Positions 1-8,858 of a DNA stretch of 32,000 nucleotides are shown here, piece by piece (positions within the stretch are counted from its first letter, which is position 1; each line of letters begins with the position of its first letter). This stretch comes from Caedibacter taeniospiralis (GTDB taxonomy: Bacteria; Pseudomonadota; Gammaproteobacteria; Francisellales; Francisellaceae), in the NCBI RefSeq assembly GCF_002803295.2, contig NZ_PGGB02000007.1, positions 1 to 32,000 of the forward strand, in the 5' to 3' direction. Below the pieces are notes generated by a model. That model made no database searches and had not been told where the DNA came from. It saw only the letters and a program-made list of their open reading frames with translations. The position numbers and the translations under genes were made by a program.

Positions 1-1
1 T

Positions 2-1246
2 AATAACTGGGATACCAGTCATGTCACCGACATGAGCGCCATGTTTTCAGGTGCTTCAGCATTTACCCAGAATATTTCTGCCTGGAATGTTGCTAAGGTT
101 ACCTCAGATCTTCATTTTGATGAAGTTACCAGCTCAAGCTGGACCGCAGAGATGAAACCGCATTTTTCAAAAGCGGTCATTGAGTGGTCCAAAACTTTGC
201 CGATGACAACACTTGCTCCAGGAGGGACGACTGAAGTTAAACACCCCAGCTATGTGATTTCTGATCCTGGACTTACTGATCGGTTAATGGCAAATAAGAC
301 TTACACTTACCGCATTAAAAATATTGGTGAGAGACCACTTACTTTCGACAAAAACGCCGTTACCGTAACTAGCTCCGATATCACTATTGGTAATAATAAC
401 TGTAAAAATGCAAGCCTTGCAAAAGGTGCAAACTGCTCATTTGACATAACGGCTTCCTCACAGACTTCGACCAGCATAATACTTCAACTTACCACAGCGG
501 ATGCAGATATTGCAAATCCTGAGGATAAAATACTTAGTGATGTCAAAATTATCCCAGAAGGCACGGTGATTTGTAGTGAGGTACCAGTGGGTGAGATATT
601 CACACTTGATGGTGATACCACCACACACTATTTTCTTGTTGTTGAAGACGGAACTGGTCCAAGTGGTATTAAAAACGATAATATATATGGCAATTATATT
701 AATAGCGACATGAATAAAGTATGTACGACTCATGTGACGGATATGAGTGATCTATTTCATGGCAGTGCATTTAATCGTAATATTAATGATTGGGATACCA
801 GTAATGTCACCAATATGAGCGCTATGTTTTCAGGTGCTTCAGTATTTAACCAGCCCCTTAATGACTGGAATACCAGTAATGTCACCAATATGAGCGATAT
901 GTTTTATGATTCAGAATTTAACCAGCCGCTTAATGACTGGAATACAGGTAATGTTACCGATATGAGCTACATGTTTGACGATTCATACTTTAACTGGCCG
1001 CTTAATGACTGGAATACAGGTAATGTCACCAATATGCGCTATATGTTTGCGGAGTCACGCTTTAACCAACCGCTTTATAAATGGGATACCAGTAAGGTCA
1101 CCGATATGAGCTATATGTTTCATGGTGATGTTGGTTTTTGTCAGGATCTTTCAGCCTGGGATGTTGCTAACGTTATAGCATATGATTGTTTTGATCATAG
1201 TACCACCAGAAGCTGGAGAGAAGACATGCACCCAAAATTTCGATAA
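2..1246 (+). CDS. DUF285/BspA-like repeat protein, 5' end cut by the window edge (frame open from nt 2; first in-window ATG at 32)
   Basis: Carries repeated 24-aa units of the form FNQPLNDWNTSNVTNMSxMF, the DUF285 (mycoplasma-type / BspA-like) signature. The same motif (NNWDTSHVTDMSAMF) is read in frame from nt 2, so the gene continues upstream of the window. A central non-repeat segment contains CKNASLAKGANCSF. Confidence 0.8.
   Translation, partial: NNWDTSHVTDMSAMFSGASAFTQNISAWNVAKVTSDLHFDEVTSSSWTAEMKPHFSKAVIEWSKTLPMTTLAPGGTTEVKHPSYVISDPGLTDRLMANKTYTYRIKNIGERPLTFDKNAVTVTSSDITIGNNNCKNASLAKGANCSFDITASSQTSTSIILQLTTADADIANPEDKILSDVKIIPEGTVICSEVPVGEIFTLDGDTTTHYFLVVEDGTGPSGIKNDNIYGNYINSDMNKVCTTHVTDMSDLFHGSAFNRNINDWDTSNVTNMSAMFSGASVFNQPLNDWNTSNVTNMSDMFYDSEFNQPLNDWNTGNVTDMSYMFDDSYFNWPLNDWNTGNVTNMRYMFAESRFNQPLYKWDTSKVTDMSYMFHGDVGFCQDLSAWDVANVIAYDCFDHSTTRSWREDMHPKFR
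731..1175 (+). repeat. Tandem 72-bp (24-codon) coding repeats, about 6 units, inside the DUF285 gene
   Basis: Successive units share long identical strings (aatgactggaatac[c/a]ggtaatgt[c/t]acc[a/g]atatgagc...). Nt 1-70 of the window are a near copy of nt 783-852. Confidence 0.85.
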
Positions 1247-1465
1247 GCATGAGATATAAAATAACGGTACAAAATTAAGAGTTACATTAAGAAGGGCAAG
1301 AAATTGCCTGCTATGGCAGCCCCTGGCAGAGTCTGCGGGCACTCATTTATTAAAACAATGAACCATGACCGTGACCATTATTCCCGTCCACTCTTAGTGC
1401 TGAGCACTGACACGCTTTTAAAAAGCCTTGAGTCTCTTAAAAAGAGGGGAAAAACAGAGAAATTA

Positions 1466-2470
1466 TTATGCTTTTAATGGGACAGGAATGCTCGTTTCAA
1501 CACGTTGGTTGATCGATTGATTCGCCTTGGTTGTATTTGGTACCAGCGGACGACTATAACCATATCCAACGACTTCAATATTGCTCGCGTCAACGCCTTG
1601 TGCAATCATATAAGTTTTGACCGCTTGCGCGCGATTAACAGATAGCTGTTGATTATATTGTGCAAATTTAGCACCTGTTTTACCTTGTGAAGCAAAGCCT
1701 TGCAACACAACTTTATTGATGTCATATTCCTTTATGAAATTAATCAAGTTATTGATCGCTGCTTTTGCTTTTGCATTTAGGGCATAGCTGCTATAGGAAA
1801 ACTTAGCATCCAAGTGCATAGTGACCTTATCACCATCCACCGTGTAGCAGCCAATTGACTCACGCGTTATCTCAGAAGTACCTGCCTGGCATTCCATCAC
1901 ATTTTTTGGCAGCGCGTAAGCAGCATGATACTCTTCTTCACGCGCCTGCTGGCTAGCTGAAGTTGAACCCACTGCGCCATATGATGCCACATTATTTGCA
2001 CCACCAAAGTACAGACCAATACCCACAGTAAACATACTGCCATCTGGTGTTTTTGAACCAAATGACTGAAGATAGCGGTAATCTGCAGAAACAAAAGCAT
2101 TCGGCGCAAAATCATACTTAACGCCTACGCCTGCATCAACACCAAATGAATTGGTTGTCATATCCATATAGCCACCACCAACAGCGACATATGGAATGAG
2201 ATTTGTGTTATTAGCAAAGTTCCAAATCCCCTCTGCCAGGACGGCTTTCTGGTTATTGCCCATATAATTAATGCTGGCTTGTGCGGCAAGGTTGTTATTA
2301 AACCCATAACCCACAGTGCCCACAATAGCAGGTCCGCTTTCAGAATAGCTATGGTTAAAGTAACCACCCAAGCCAAATTGACCATATAACTGTTTACTAT
2401 GATCATTTGCGGCGAAGGCTGTGGAGCATAATCCTGTGACTAACAGACTGGCAATGATTTTCTTCTTCAT
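1466..2470 (-). CDS. OmpA-family outer membrane protein (N-terminal beta-barrel plus C-terminal peptidoglycan-binding OmpA domain)
   Basis: Signal peptide MKKKIIASLLVTGLCSTAFA. The N-terminal half is Gly/aromatic-rich and barrel-like. The C-terminal domain has the OmpA motif (NQQLSVNRAQAVKTYM...GYGYSRPL). Confidence 0.85.
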   Translation of the reverse strand: MKKKIIASLLVTGLCSTAFAANDHSKQLYGQFGLGGYFNHSYSESGPAIVGTVGYGFNNNLAAQASINYMGNNQKAVLAEGIWNFANNTNLIPYVAVGGGYMDMTTNSFGVDAGVGVKYDFAPNAFVSADYRYLQSFGSKTPDGSMFTVGIGLYFGGANNVASYGAVGSTSASQQAREEEYHAAYALPKNVMECQAGTSEITRESIGCYTVDGDKVTMHLDAKFSYSSYALNAKAKAAINNLINFIKEYDINKVVLQGFASQGKTGAKFAQYNQQLSVNRAQAVKTYMIAQGVDASNIEVVGYGYSRPLVPNTTKANQSINQRVETSIPVPLKA

Positions 2471-2739
2471 GATTTTTCCTCTTCATTGGTTTTGATTGTA
2501 AATAAAACACATAATTCTTCGTTCGTGACCTCGTCATCAAGCAATTTCATAGAAATGCTGAAACATCCAAGCTGTAAGCAACTGGGAATGAAGTCTAAAC
2601 CGCGCCCAGTATAATTAACTTTTTAGCAGAGTTGGAGTGTTGTTACGCATTTTCAATGAAAAAATCTGAATTTTATTGTCTCCAGCAGCCATCTGCGTTT
2701 AAATGCCCACTTAAGGCACTTTAAAACAAAGGCATTATA

Positions 2740-4530
2740 ATGTCTGACATTCAACATAAGATCAAAATACTGCGTCAATTGATGGATCAAAAACAATATG
2801 ACTTTTACCTGACTCCCTCAACCGATGCGCACAATAATGAATATCTCCCCAAAGCCTGGCAGCGAAGACCATGGATTAGTGACTTTACTGGCAGCGCAGG
2901 TGAGGCACTTGTTGGTCACAAGGAGGCGCACCTTTGGACAGATGGACGCTACTTTCTTCAAGCCGAAACGGAACTCGATAGCTCCATTTATCAACTACAA
3001 AAGCAACAAGGCTACATTTCTGAGTTTGAAAACTGGCTTGAAATCCATGCTTATGGTAAAACCCTTGCTATTGATCCAACCACACTTTCCATTAAACGCG
3101 GACAGACCATAAATGCACTGATGCACAAGCTTCGTGGAAAGTGCGTTTTTGATAAAAGCAATTTGATCGATGAGGTGCGCAGGTTATGCAACGAAAGCAC
3201 CGACTTACCTCATGGCAAAGCGTTTTTACAAACGCTACAATTCAGTGGCAAAGAAACGCAGGTTAAGCTTCGCGAAATTCGAAATAAACTCAATGAACAT
3301 CGTGTTGATGCGCTTGTGATCAGCGTACTGGATGAAATTGCCTGGCTGCTAAATATTCGTGGACATGATATTGAATTTAACCCACTACTTATAAGCTATG
3401 TCATTGTCAGCGAAGCGCATTGCCAGTTTTTTGTCGATGAAACAAAGCTTGATGATCATATCAAACAAAATCTTATATCTCATGGCGTTGAGATTCTGCC
3501 GTATGAGGACTTTTATGATGCGCTTAAGCATCTTAATGTTAGAGTATGGATTGATGCTAACACCGCTAATTATGCCATATTGCAATGCTTAAACCGTGAA
3601 GCCAGTCCCTATTTTGCTCAATCTCCCATCGTTTTAATGAAAGCATGCAAAAATATCGTCGAAATCGATGGCAGTAAACTTGCTCACAAGAAAGACGCTA
3701 TTGCCATGATTGAGTTTATTTATTGGCTTGAGAATAATTGGCAACAAGGTGTTGATGAGCTTAGCGCACAGCAGAAGCTGCTTGAGTTTCGCCAAAAACA
3801 ACCTCATTTTAAAGGTGCTAGTTTTGACACCATCAGTGGTTTTGCCAGTAACGGGGCAATCATTCATTATCGCTCAAGCAAGAAAACCTCAAAGATAATC
3901 GATGATAGCAACCTCTATCTTCTGGATTCAGGGGGACAATACTTAGAAGGCACAACAGATATAACCCGAGTATTTCACTTAGGCATCCCTATGCCCCTAC
4001 ACAAACACTATTACACCTTGGTGCTCAAAGGACATTTAGCCCTTCAAAATATGAGCTTCCCAAAAGGCACTAAAGGCGAGCAATTAGATAGCTTGGCACG
4101 CCAGCCATTATGGCAAGAACAGTTAAACTACGGGCATGGCACGGGTCACGGAGTTGGCAGCTTTTTATGTGTCCACGAGGGCCCACAACGCATTTCTCCC
4201 GCTTTTAGTAATCAGTCCCTTGAGCCTGGCATGATTGTCAGCAATGAGCCTGGCATTTATTTCCCAAATCGATTTGGCATACGCATCGAGAACCTGTGTT
4301 TTGTCAAAAAACTAAAAGAGCAGGCTCACCATGAGTGTGGCGAGTTTTACGCCTTTGAGGATCTCACCTTAGTGCCATATGCCCGAAATTTAATTGCTAT
4401 TGAGTTATTAACCCATAATGAGATCAGACAAATCAATAGCTACCACCTGCGTGTTGAAAAGGAAATCATGCCAATGATCAGCAATGAGAAAATTAAAACA
4501 TGGCTAGGCAATCAACTGAAACCCTTATAA
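2740..4530 (+). CDS. Xaa-Pro aminopeptidase, M24B family (long form, 596 aa)
   Basis: Shows the M24 pita-bread metal-ligand motifs (DSGGQY, DITR, HGTGHGVG, NEPGIY, IRIEN) after creatinase-like N-terminal domains. Confidence 0.85.
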   Translation: MSDIQHKIKILRQLMDQKQYDFYLTPSTDAHNNEYLPKAWQRRPWISDFTGSAGEALVGHKEAHLWTDGRYFLQAETELDSSIYQLQKQQGYISEFENWLEIHAYGKTLAIDPTTLSIKRGQTINALMHKLRGKCVFDKSNLIDEVRRLCNESTDLPHGKAFLQTLQFSGKETQVKLREIRNKLNEHRVDALVISVLDEIAWLLNIRGHDIEFNPLLISYVIVSEAHCQFFVDETKLDDHIKQNLISHGVEILPYEDFYDALKHLNVRVWIDANTANYAILQCLNREASPYFAQSPIVLMKACKNIVEIDGSKLAHKKDAIAMIEFIYWLENNWQQGVDELSAQQKLLEFRQKQPHFKGASFDTISGFASNGAIIHYRSSKKTSKIIDDSNLYLLDSGGQYLEGTTDITRVFHLGIPMPLHKHYYTLVLKGHLALQNMSFPKGTKGEQLDSLARQPLWQEQLNYGHGTGHGVGSFLCVHEGPQRISPAFSNQSLEPGMIVSNEPGIYFPNRFGIRIENLCFVKKLKEQAHHECGEFYAFEDLTLVPYARNLIAIELLTHNEIRQINSYHLRVEKEIMPMISNEKIKTWLGNQLKPL

Positions 4531-4560
4531 CTCGATTACGCACTTTTGCTGGTTTTTAAA

Positions 4561-4676
4561 CTACCCCGTCAGCCTGCGGCTGCCACCCCTTCACCAGTGA
4601 AGGGGAATAAGTGATAAGCTTTCCGAAAATTCCCCTTCACTTGGTGAAGGGGTGCCGAGCTTGCGAGGCGGGGTAG
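4561..4676. repeat. Inverted pair of 48-bp REP-like palindromic units (4561-4608 and 4629-4676) between the convergent aminopeptidase and uvrD genes; a likely bidirectional terminator structure
   Basis: Unit 1 is ctaccccgtcagcctgcggctgccaccccttcaccagtgaaggggaat and unit 2 is its imperfect reverse complement. Each contains a 9-bp hairpin ccccttcac/gtgaagggg. A third unit lies at 12892-12939. Confidence 0.8.
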
Positions 4677-4710
4677 TTCAGCAAAAATGCGTACTTACAG
4701 TCATAATTTT

Positions 4711-6891
4711 TCATAACTTTGATAGTTTCGCCATTTTAGCCAGCAATACTTTTCTGCCTCCCCCTGCCTTAAAGTCAATGTGATAGCATAAATCATCCCC
4801 CAGCCCCTCCGTCTTTAATATCACGCCTATGCCAAATTTGGGGTGGGTCACAAAACTTCCTGTTTTAAATTGTGACTGACTCTCTTTTTGCTGCATGTTG
4901 ACAAACTCAAACGGTGATATGCCAAAGCCAGCTGCTGTTGGGGCGGCTCGCTGTCTGATTTCGTGTAAATACGCTTTGGGGATCTCACTCAAAAAGCGCG
5001 ACTTAACCTGATAATTGACATTGCCATATTGATGGCGAACTTTACTGAAACTCAGTGTTAAATGGCGCATCGCACGCGTAATGCCTACATAGCAAAGTCT
5101 ACGTTCTTCGGCAAGTTTATCCGCATGTTCTAGTGAACGCGAGGATGGAAATAAACCATCTTCAAGTCCACCGATAAAAATATAAGGAAACTCAAGTCCC
5201 TTTGCAGTGTGCAAGGTCATAAGCTGCACCGCCTCACTATGATCATCGGCTTGCATTTCTCCCGACTCTAAAACAGCAAAACTTAAAAATTCAAGCAGTA
5301 AATCCTCCTCATCAACCGCTTCAATAGGAGGAACAAATTCACTAGCGGCATTGACAAGTTCCTTTAGGTTTTCACATTTTTGCTGTGATTTTTCTGATTT
5401 AGAGGCTTCATACATCAGGCTCAAGCCACTGGCATCAATCACATGACGCATCAGCTGTCCCAAACTTAACGTATCTTTTAATGCTGCCATGTCTTCAATT
5501 AAGCTGATAAAACGCCCTAGCGCCTGTGCTGAGCGACTGGGTAACTGGTTTGTATCTATCATTTGTACCGTTGCCTGCCAAAGCGATAAACCGTGCAAAC
5601 TTGCATAGTCACGAATATTATCCAGGGTTTTCAAACCAATCCCACGCACAGGCAGGTTGACCACGCGCTCAAACGCCAGATTATCTGCTCTTAACGCAAT
5701 GAGGCGCATGTAGGCCAAAGCATCTTTAATTTCAGCACGATCAAAAAAGCGCAAGCCACCATAGATTCGATAGGAAATACCGAGTTTTAACAGCGCTTCC
5801 TCAATGACGCGTGATTGTGCGTTAGATCTGTACAATATCGCAATGTGTGATAAGTTGATCCTTTGATTCTTGCTAAGATCCTGTATTTTTTGCACGATAT
5901 AATCCGCTTCATCGCGCTCGTTAAAGGCTTCATATACGGCAATTTTCTCGCCTTTTTCCTCTTTTGACCACAGCACCTTGCCCATGCGTTTACTATTGTT
6001 TGCAATGATGGCATTAGCAGCATCAAGAATGATTTGTGTTGAGCGGTAATTTTGCTCTAAACGCACGATTTTCACAGGATTTAGATCAGATAGAAAGTGT
6101 TCAATATTTTCAATTTTAGCCCCGCGCCAGCCATAAATTGACTGATCATCATCACCAACCGCCATAAAGCTATTGGAGTCAGACTTTAAGCACATCAGCC
6201 ACTTGTACTGTACTGTATTAGTATCCTGAAACTCATCGACAAGCACATAGTGAAAACGTTTCTGATAGTAACTCCTTAGGACTTCATTCTGCTTAAAAAG
6301 CTCATAGGCATATAACAGTAGATCAGCAAAATCCAGGGCATTATCGGCTTTTAATCGCGCCTCATATGCCTGGTAAATTTTAATCACCTCGCCATCAAAA
6401 TGGGCTTTAGGCAAATCAATAGCACGAATACCTTCATCTTTCTTGCCATTGATGAAGGCTTGAGAATACTTTGGCGGGTAGTATTTTTCATCTAAATTCA
6501 GGCTTTGAATGACTTTTCTAATCACTTGTAGCTGATCATCTTGATCAAGCACCTTAAAGTTACGATTAAAACCCATTTCTTGCGCATGCTGACGCAAAAG
6601 CCTGTGTGCGATGCCATGAAAGGTGCCAATCCACATGCCAACGGTTGAAAATCCAAGTAACTCTTCAACTCTACCGCGCATTTCTCTTGCGGCTTTATTA
6701 GTAAAAGTCACCGCTAAAATATTCAGTGGTGAAACGTTTTTTTCCTGACACAAGTAAGCAATTCTATGGGTTAGCACCCGTGTTTTACCACTTCCAGCAC
6801 CCGCTAAGATGAGCGCATTTTCATTATTTAACAACACCGCTTCCTGCTGTGCTGCATTTAGAGATTCAATATTTTCAATAATAACAGACAT
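4711..6891 (-). CDS. uvrD: DNA helicase II (UvrD)
   Basis: 726 aa. Has Walker A AGAGSGKTRVLTHRIAYL, the SF1 helicase motifs (DEFQDTN, VGDDDQSIYGWRGA, QNYRS, TLHTAKGLEF, YVGITRA) and a UvrD-length C-terminal tail. Confidence 0.9.
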   Translation of the reverse strand: MSVIIENIESLNAAQQEAVLLNNENALILAGAGSGKTRVLTHRIAYLCQEKNVSPLNILAVTFTNKAAREMRGRVEELLGFSTVGMWIGTFHGIAHRLLRQHAQEMGFNRNFKVLDQDDQLQVIRKVIQSLNLDEKYYPPKYSQAFINGKKDEGIRAIDLPKAHFDGEVIKIYQAYEARLKADNALDFADLLLYAYELFKQNEVLRSYYQKRFHYVLVDEFQDTNTVQYKWLMCLKSDSNSFMAVGDDDQSIYGWRGAKIENIEHFLSDLNPVKIVRLEQNYRSTQIILDAANAIIANNSKRMGKVLWSKEEKGEKIAVYEAFNERDEADYIVQKIQDLSKNQRINLSHIAILYRSNAQSRVIEEALLKLGISYRIYGGLRFFDRAEIKDALAYMRLIALRADNLAFERVVNLPVRGIGLKTLDNIRDYASLHGLSLWQATVQMIDTNQLPSRSAQALGRFISLIEDMAALKDTLSLGQLMRHVIDASGLSLMYEASKSEKSQQKCENLKELVNAASEFVPPIEAVDEEDLLLEFLSFAVLESGEMQADDHSEAVQLMTLHTAKGLEFPYIFIGGLEDGLFPSSRSLEHADKLAEERRLCYVGITRAMRHLTLSFSKVRHQYGNVNYQVKSRFLSEIPKAYLHEIRQRAAPTAAGFGISPFEFVNMQQKESQSQFKTGSFVTHPKFGIGVILKTEGLGDDLCYHIDFKAGGGRKVLLAKMAKLSKL

Positions 6892-6894
6892 GAT

Positions 6895-7188
6895 TTATAC
6901 GCCATGGTGATGCTGTTGATTTAAGAGTGCCTCAAGGTGGTTAATTTTTTCTCTCAAATTTAAAATAATTGAAACTCCTGAAGAATTGACCCCTAAATCG
7001 CTCATTAAACGCCTGGCTGATTTAGCCCGTGCAATATCGTCTGCGACCACGTAGTAGATATTGTTTTCTAGTTGTGCATAAATCACCTCATGCTCTATCC
7101 ACTCCACAATAATCGTTTGTGGCACGCACAACATCTGCGATAGTTCAATGATGCTGATATAGTCCCCTTGCGCTCTTATTCTAGTCAT
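6895..7188 (-). CDS. cbpM: Chaperone modulator CbpM (MerR-like HTH)
   Basis: Small MerR-type protein immediately downstream of cbpA (the cbpA stop TAG at 7191-7193 is followed by GTG/ATG). GGAG lies upstream of the ATG at 7188. The ORF track starts one codon earlier, at a GTG (7191). Confidence 0.7.
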   Translation of the reverse strand: MTRIRAQGDYISIIELSQMLCVPQTIIVEWIEHEVIYAQLENNIYYVVADDIARAKSARRLMSDLGVNSSGVSIILNLREKINHLEALLNQQHHHGV

Positions 7189-7190
7189 CA

Positions 7191-8132
7191 CTACACTCCC
7201 AATAAGTCTTTACGCGGATCAAATGCCATTTCCTGTGCCATCTTCTGATAAAAGGCTTTTTGTGCATCAGAGACAGCAGGTGGCAAAATGACCTCTAAAA
7301 CAATATAAAAATCACCATCGGCTAAGCCCTTACCTTTTAAGCGCATTTTTTTACCACTTTGTGTGTGTTCTGGAATGTTAAGCTTCATAGAACCATGTGG
7401 AGTAGGCACCATAATGTCGGCACCTAGCGCTGCCTCCCATGGAGCGACGGGAATATGACTATAAATGTCGTTATTTACTACTTTATACTGTTTATCGGAT
7501 TGAACGCATACTTCTAAATACAGGTTACCATCTTGCCCGCCGCCAACGCCAGCTTCCCCCTGCCCTTTCAAACGAATTTGCTGGTGATTGCCAACAGCTT
7601 TGGGAATCTTAACTTTAAGTCGCTTGGTTTTTTCCATAATATGACCTTCTTGATTAAGAGTCTGATAGGTAAAATGCAGCTCACGCTCCACGCCTGTTAA
7701 AGCATCAGTCACTGAAATGTCGACTTTCGTATGCAAATCCTGCCCATTGATTGAAAAGCCTTGCTTTTGTTGACGCTGACGTGCACGTTGCTGGCGAAAA
7801 AATTCACCAAAAACATCTTCATAATCACCAAAATCACCGCTTTGGTAACGATATTGCTGAGAACTGCCAGATCCTCTATGGTGCGTTTCCTGTTGAAAGC
7901 CGTTTTGCCCAGCATGTTGCCAGTTTCTGCCATATTGGTCATATAATTTGCGTTTTTTGTCATCTTTTAACACCTCGTACGCATCCTGCACCTCCTTGAA
8001 TTTCTCCTCGGCATTTGCTTCTGTACTCACATCAGGGTGATATTTTTTTGCTAACCGACGATAGGCTTTTTTGATTTCGGCGTCAGTTGCTGCTTTTGCT
8101 ATACCCAAAACACTGTAATAATCTTTATCCAT
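7191..8132 (-). CDS. cbpA: Curved-DNA-binding protein CbpA (DnaJ-like co-chaperone without the zinc finger)
   Basis: J-domain DYYSVLGI...[11 protein letters not shown], a G/F/Q-rich linker and DnaJ C-terminal domains, with no CxxCxGxG repeats. The ATG at 8132 is preceded by taggaaaaaat. The ORF track begins at an upstream GTG (8153). Confidence 0.85.
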   Translation of the reverse strand: MDKDYYSVLGIAKAATDAEIKKAYRRLAKKYHPDVSTEANAEEKFKEVQDAYEVLKDDKKRKLYDQYGRNWQHAGQNGFQQETHHRGSGSSQQYRYQSGDFGDYEDVFGEFFRQQRARQRQQKQGFSINGQDLHTKVDISVTDALTGVERELHFTYQTLNQEGHIMEKTKRLKVKIPKAVGNHQQIRLKGQGEAGVGGGQDGNLYLEVCVQSDKQYKVVNNDIYSHIPVAPWEAALGADIMVPTPHGSMKLNIPEHTQSGKKMRLKGKGLADGDFYIVLEVILPPAVSDAQKAFYQKMAQEMAFDPRKDLLGV

Positions 8133-8201
8133 ATTTTTTCCTACTTTGCTCACGCATTTACTTACTGGAACTACTTAAAACTCACTCAATCGTAAATCTA
8201 T

Positions 8202-8858
8202 TTACTCATCCTCAGTTTCCACCACCCAATTCTCAGGCGGCATGAGATAAATTACTTTCCAGCCCGTTTCAGGCGAGTACTGGCTATCGGGTGAAGTCAC
8301 ATGAATCTGGTTTTTTTTATTGATATAAAAAAGCGGGATGGCTCTTTGGTTAAGCGATGCAAACTGTTCCCAAGTAAATCCATTACTAAGCGCTGTTGTC
8401 TTAATTTGCCCTCCTTGTTTAACAATGCTTCTTAAGATTTGATAGGATAGATCTTTGCTAAATAAACGTTGAGCATACTTTTTCGTTAAATAGTTTAACT
8501 TAGAGTTTGCTTTATTTTGTGCGGTTGGCAAAACAAACACAGAGACACGCCCATCAAACTCCCGATAATACTTCACCGCAGCTAGGGTATTCATCTGCTC
8601 GCTACTAGAGCAACCAAGCATACGCCCAATACCCACCAGGTTTAAATGCCAGTCCGCATGCTCCGATACAGAGCTCCCGTAATAGCAATTTAAGCCCTGA
8701 AGACGACAACCCTGCACACTGCGCCAGCTCGTATCCGCCATAACTACATGCACATCATTATTTTTCAATTCCTGGGCGATCGCTCTTGCTAAGGTATTGC
8801 CACCAATTATCAAGAAACCTCGTGGCTCAGGCACCGAGGCATGCAAAAGCCTTGCCAA
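8202..8858 (-). CDS. TrkA-N/RCK-like cytoplasmic domain; probably the C-terminal part of the upstream antiporter, separated by a frameshift
   Basis: Rossmann-like FLIIGGNTLARAIAQELKNNDVHVVMAD. It has only a TTG start, no convincing RBS, and overlaps the transporter ORF by 32 nt in a different frame. Confidence 0.6.
   Translation of the reverse strand: MARLLHASVPEPRGFLIIGGNTLARAIAQELKNNDVHVVMADTSWRSVQGCRLQGLNCYYGSSVSEHADWHLNLVGIGRMLGCSSSEQMNTLAAVKYYREFDGRVSVFVLPTAQNKANSKLNYLTKKYAQRLFSKDLSYQILRSIVKQGGQIKTTALSNGFTWEQFASLNQRAIPLFYINKKNQIHVTSPDSQYSPETGWKVIYLMPPENWVVETEDE

Noticed and set aside
1247-1465. A possible ncRNA or terminator in the 219-bp gap between the DUF285 gene and the ompA-like gene (small palindrome agtgct-g-agcact; ctctt-aaaa-agag)
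   Set aside because: The stems are too short or weak, there are no convincing U-runs, and I recognise no conserved RNA motif.
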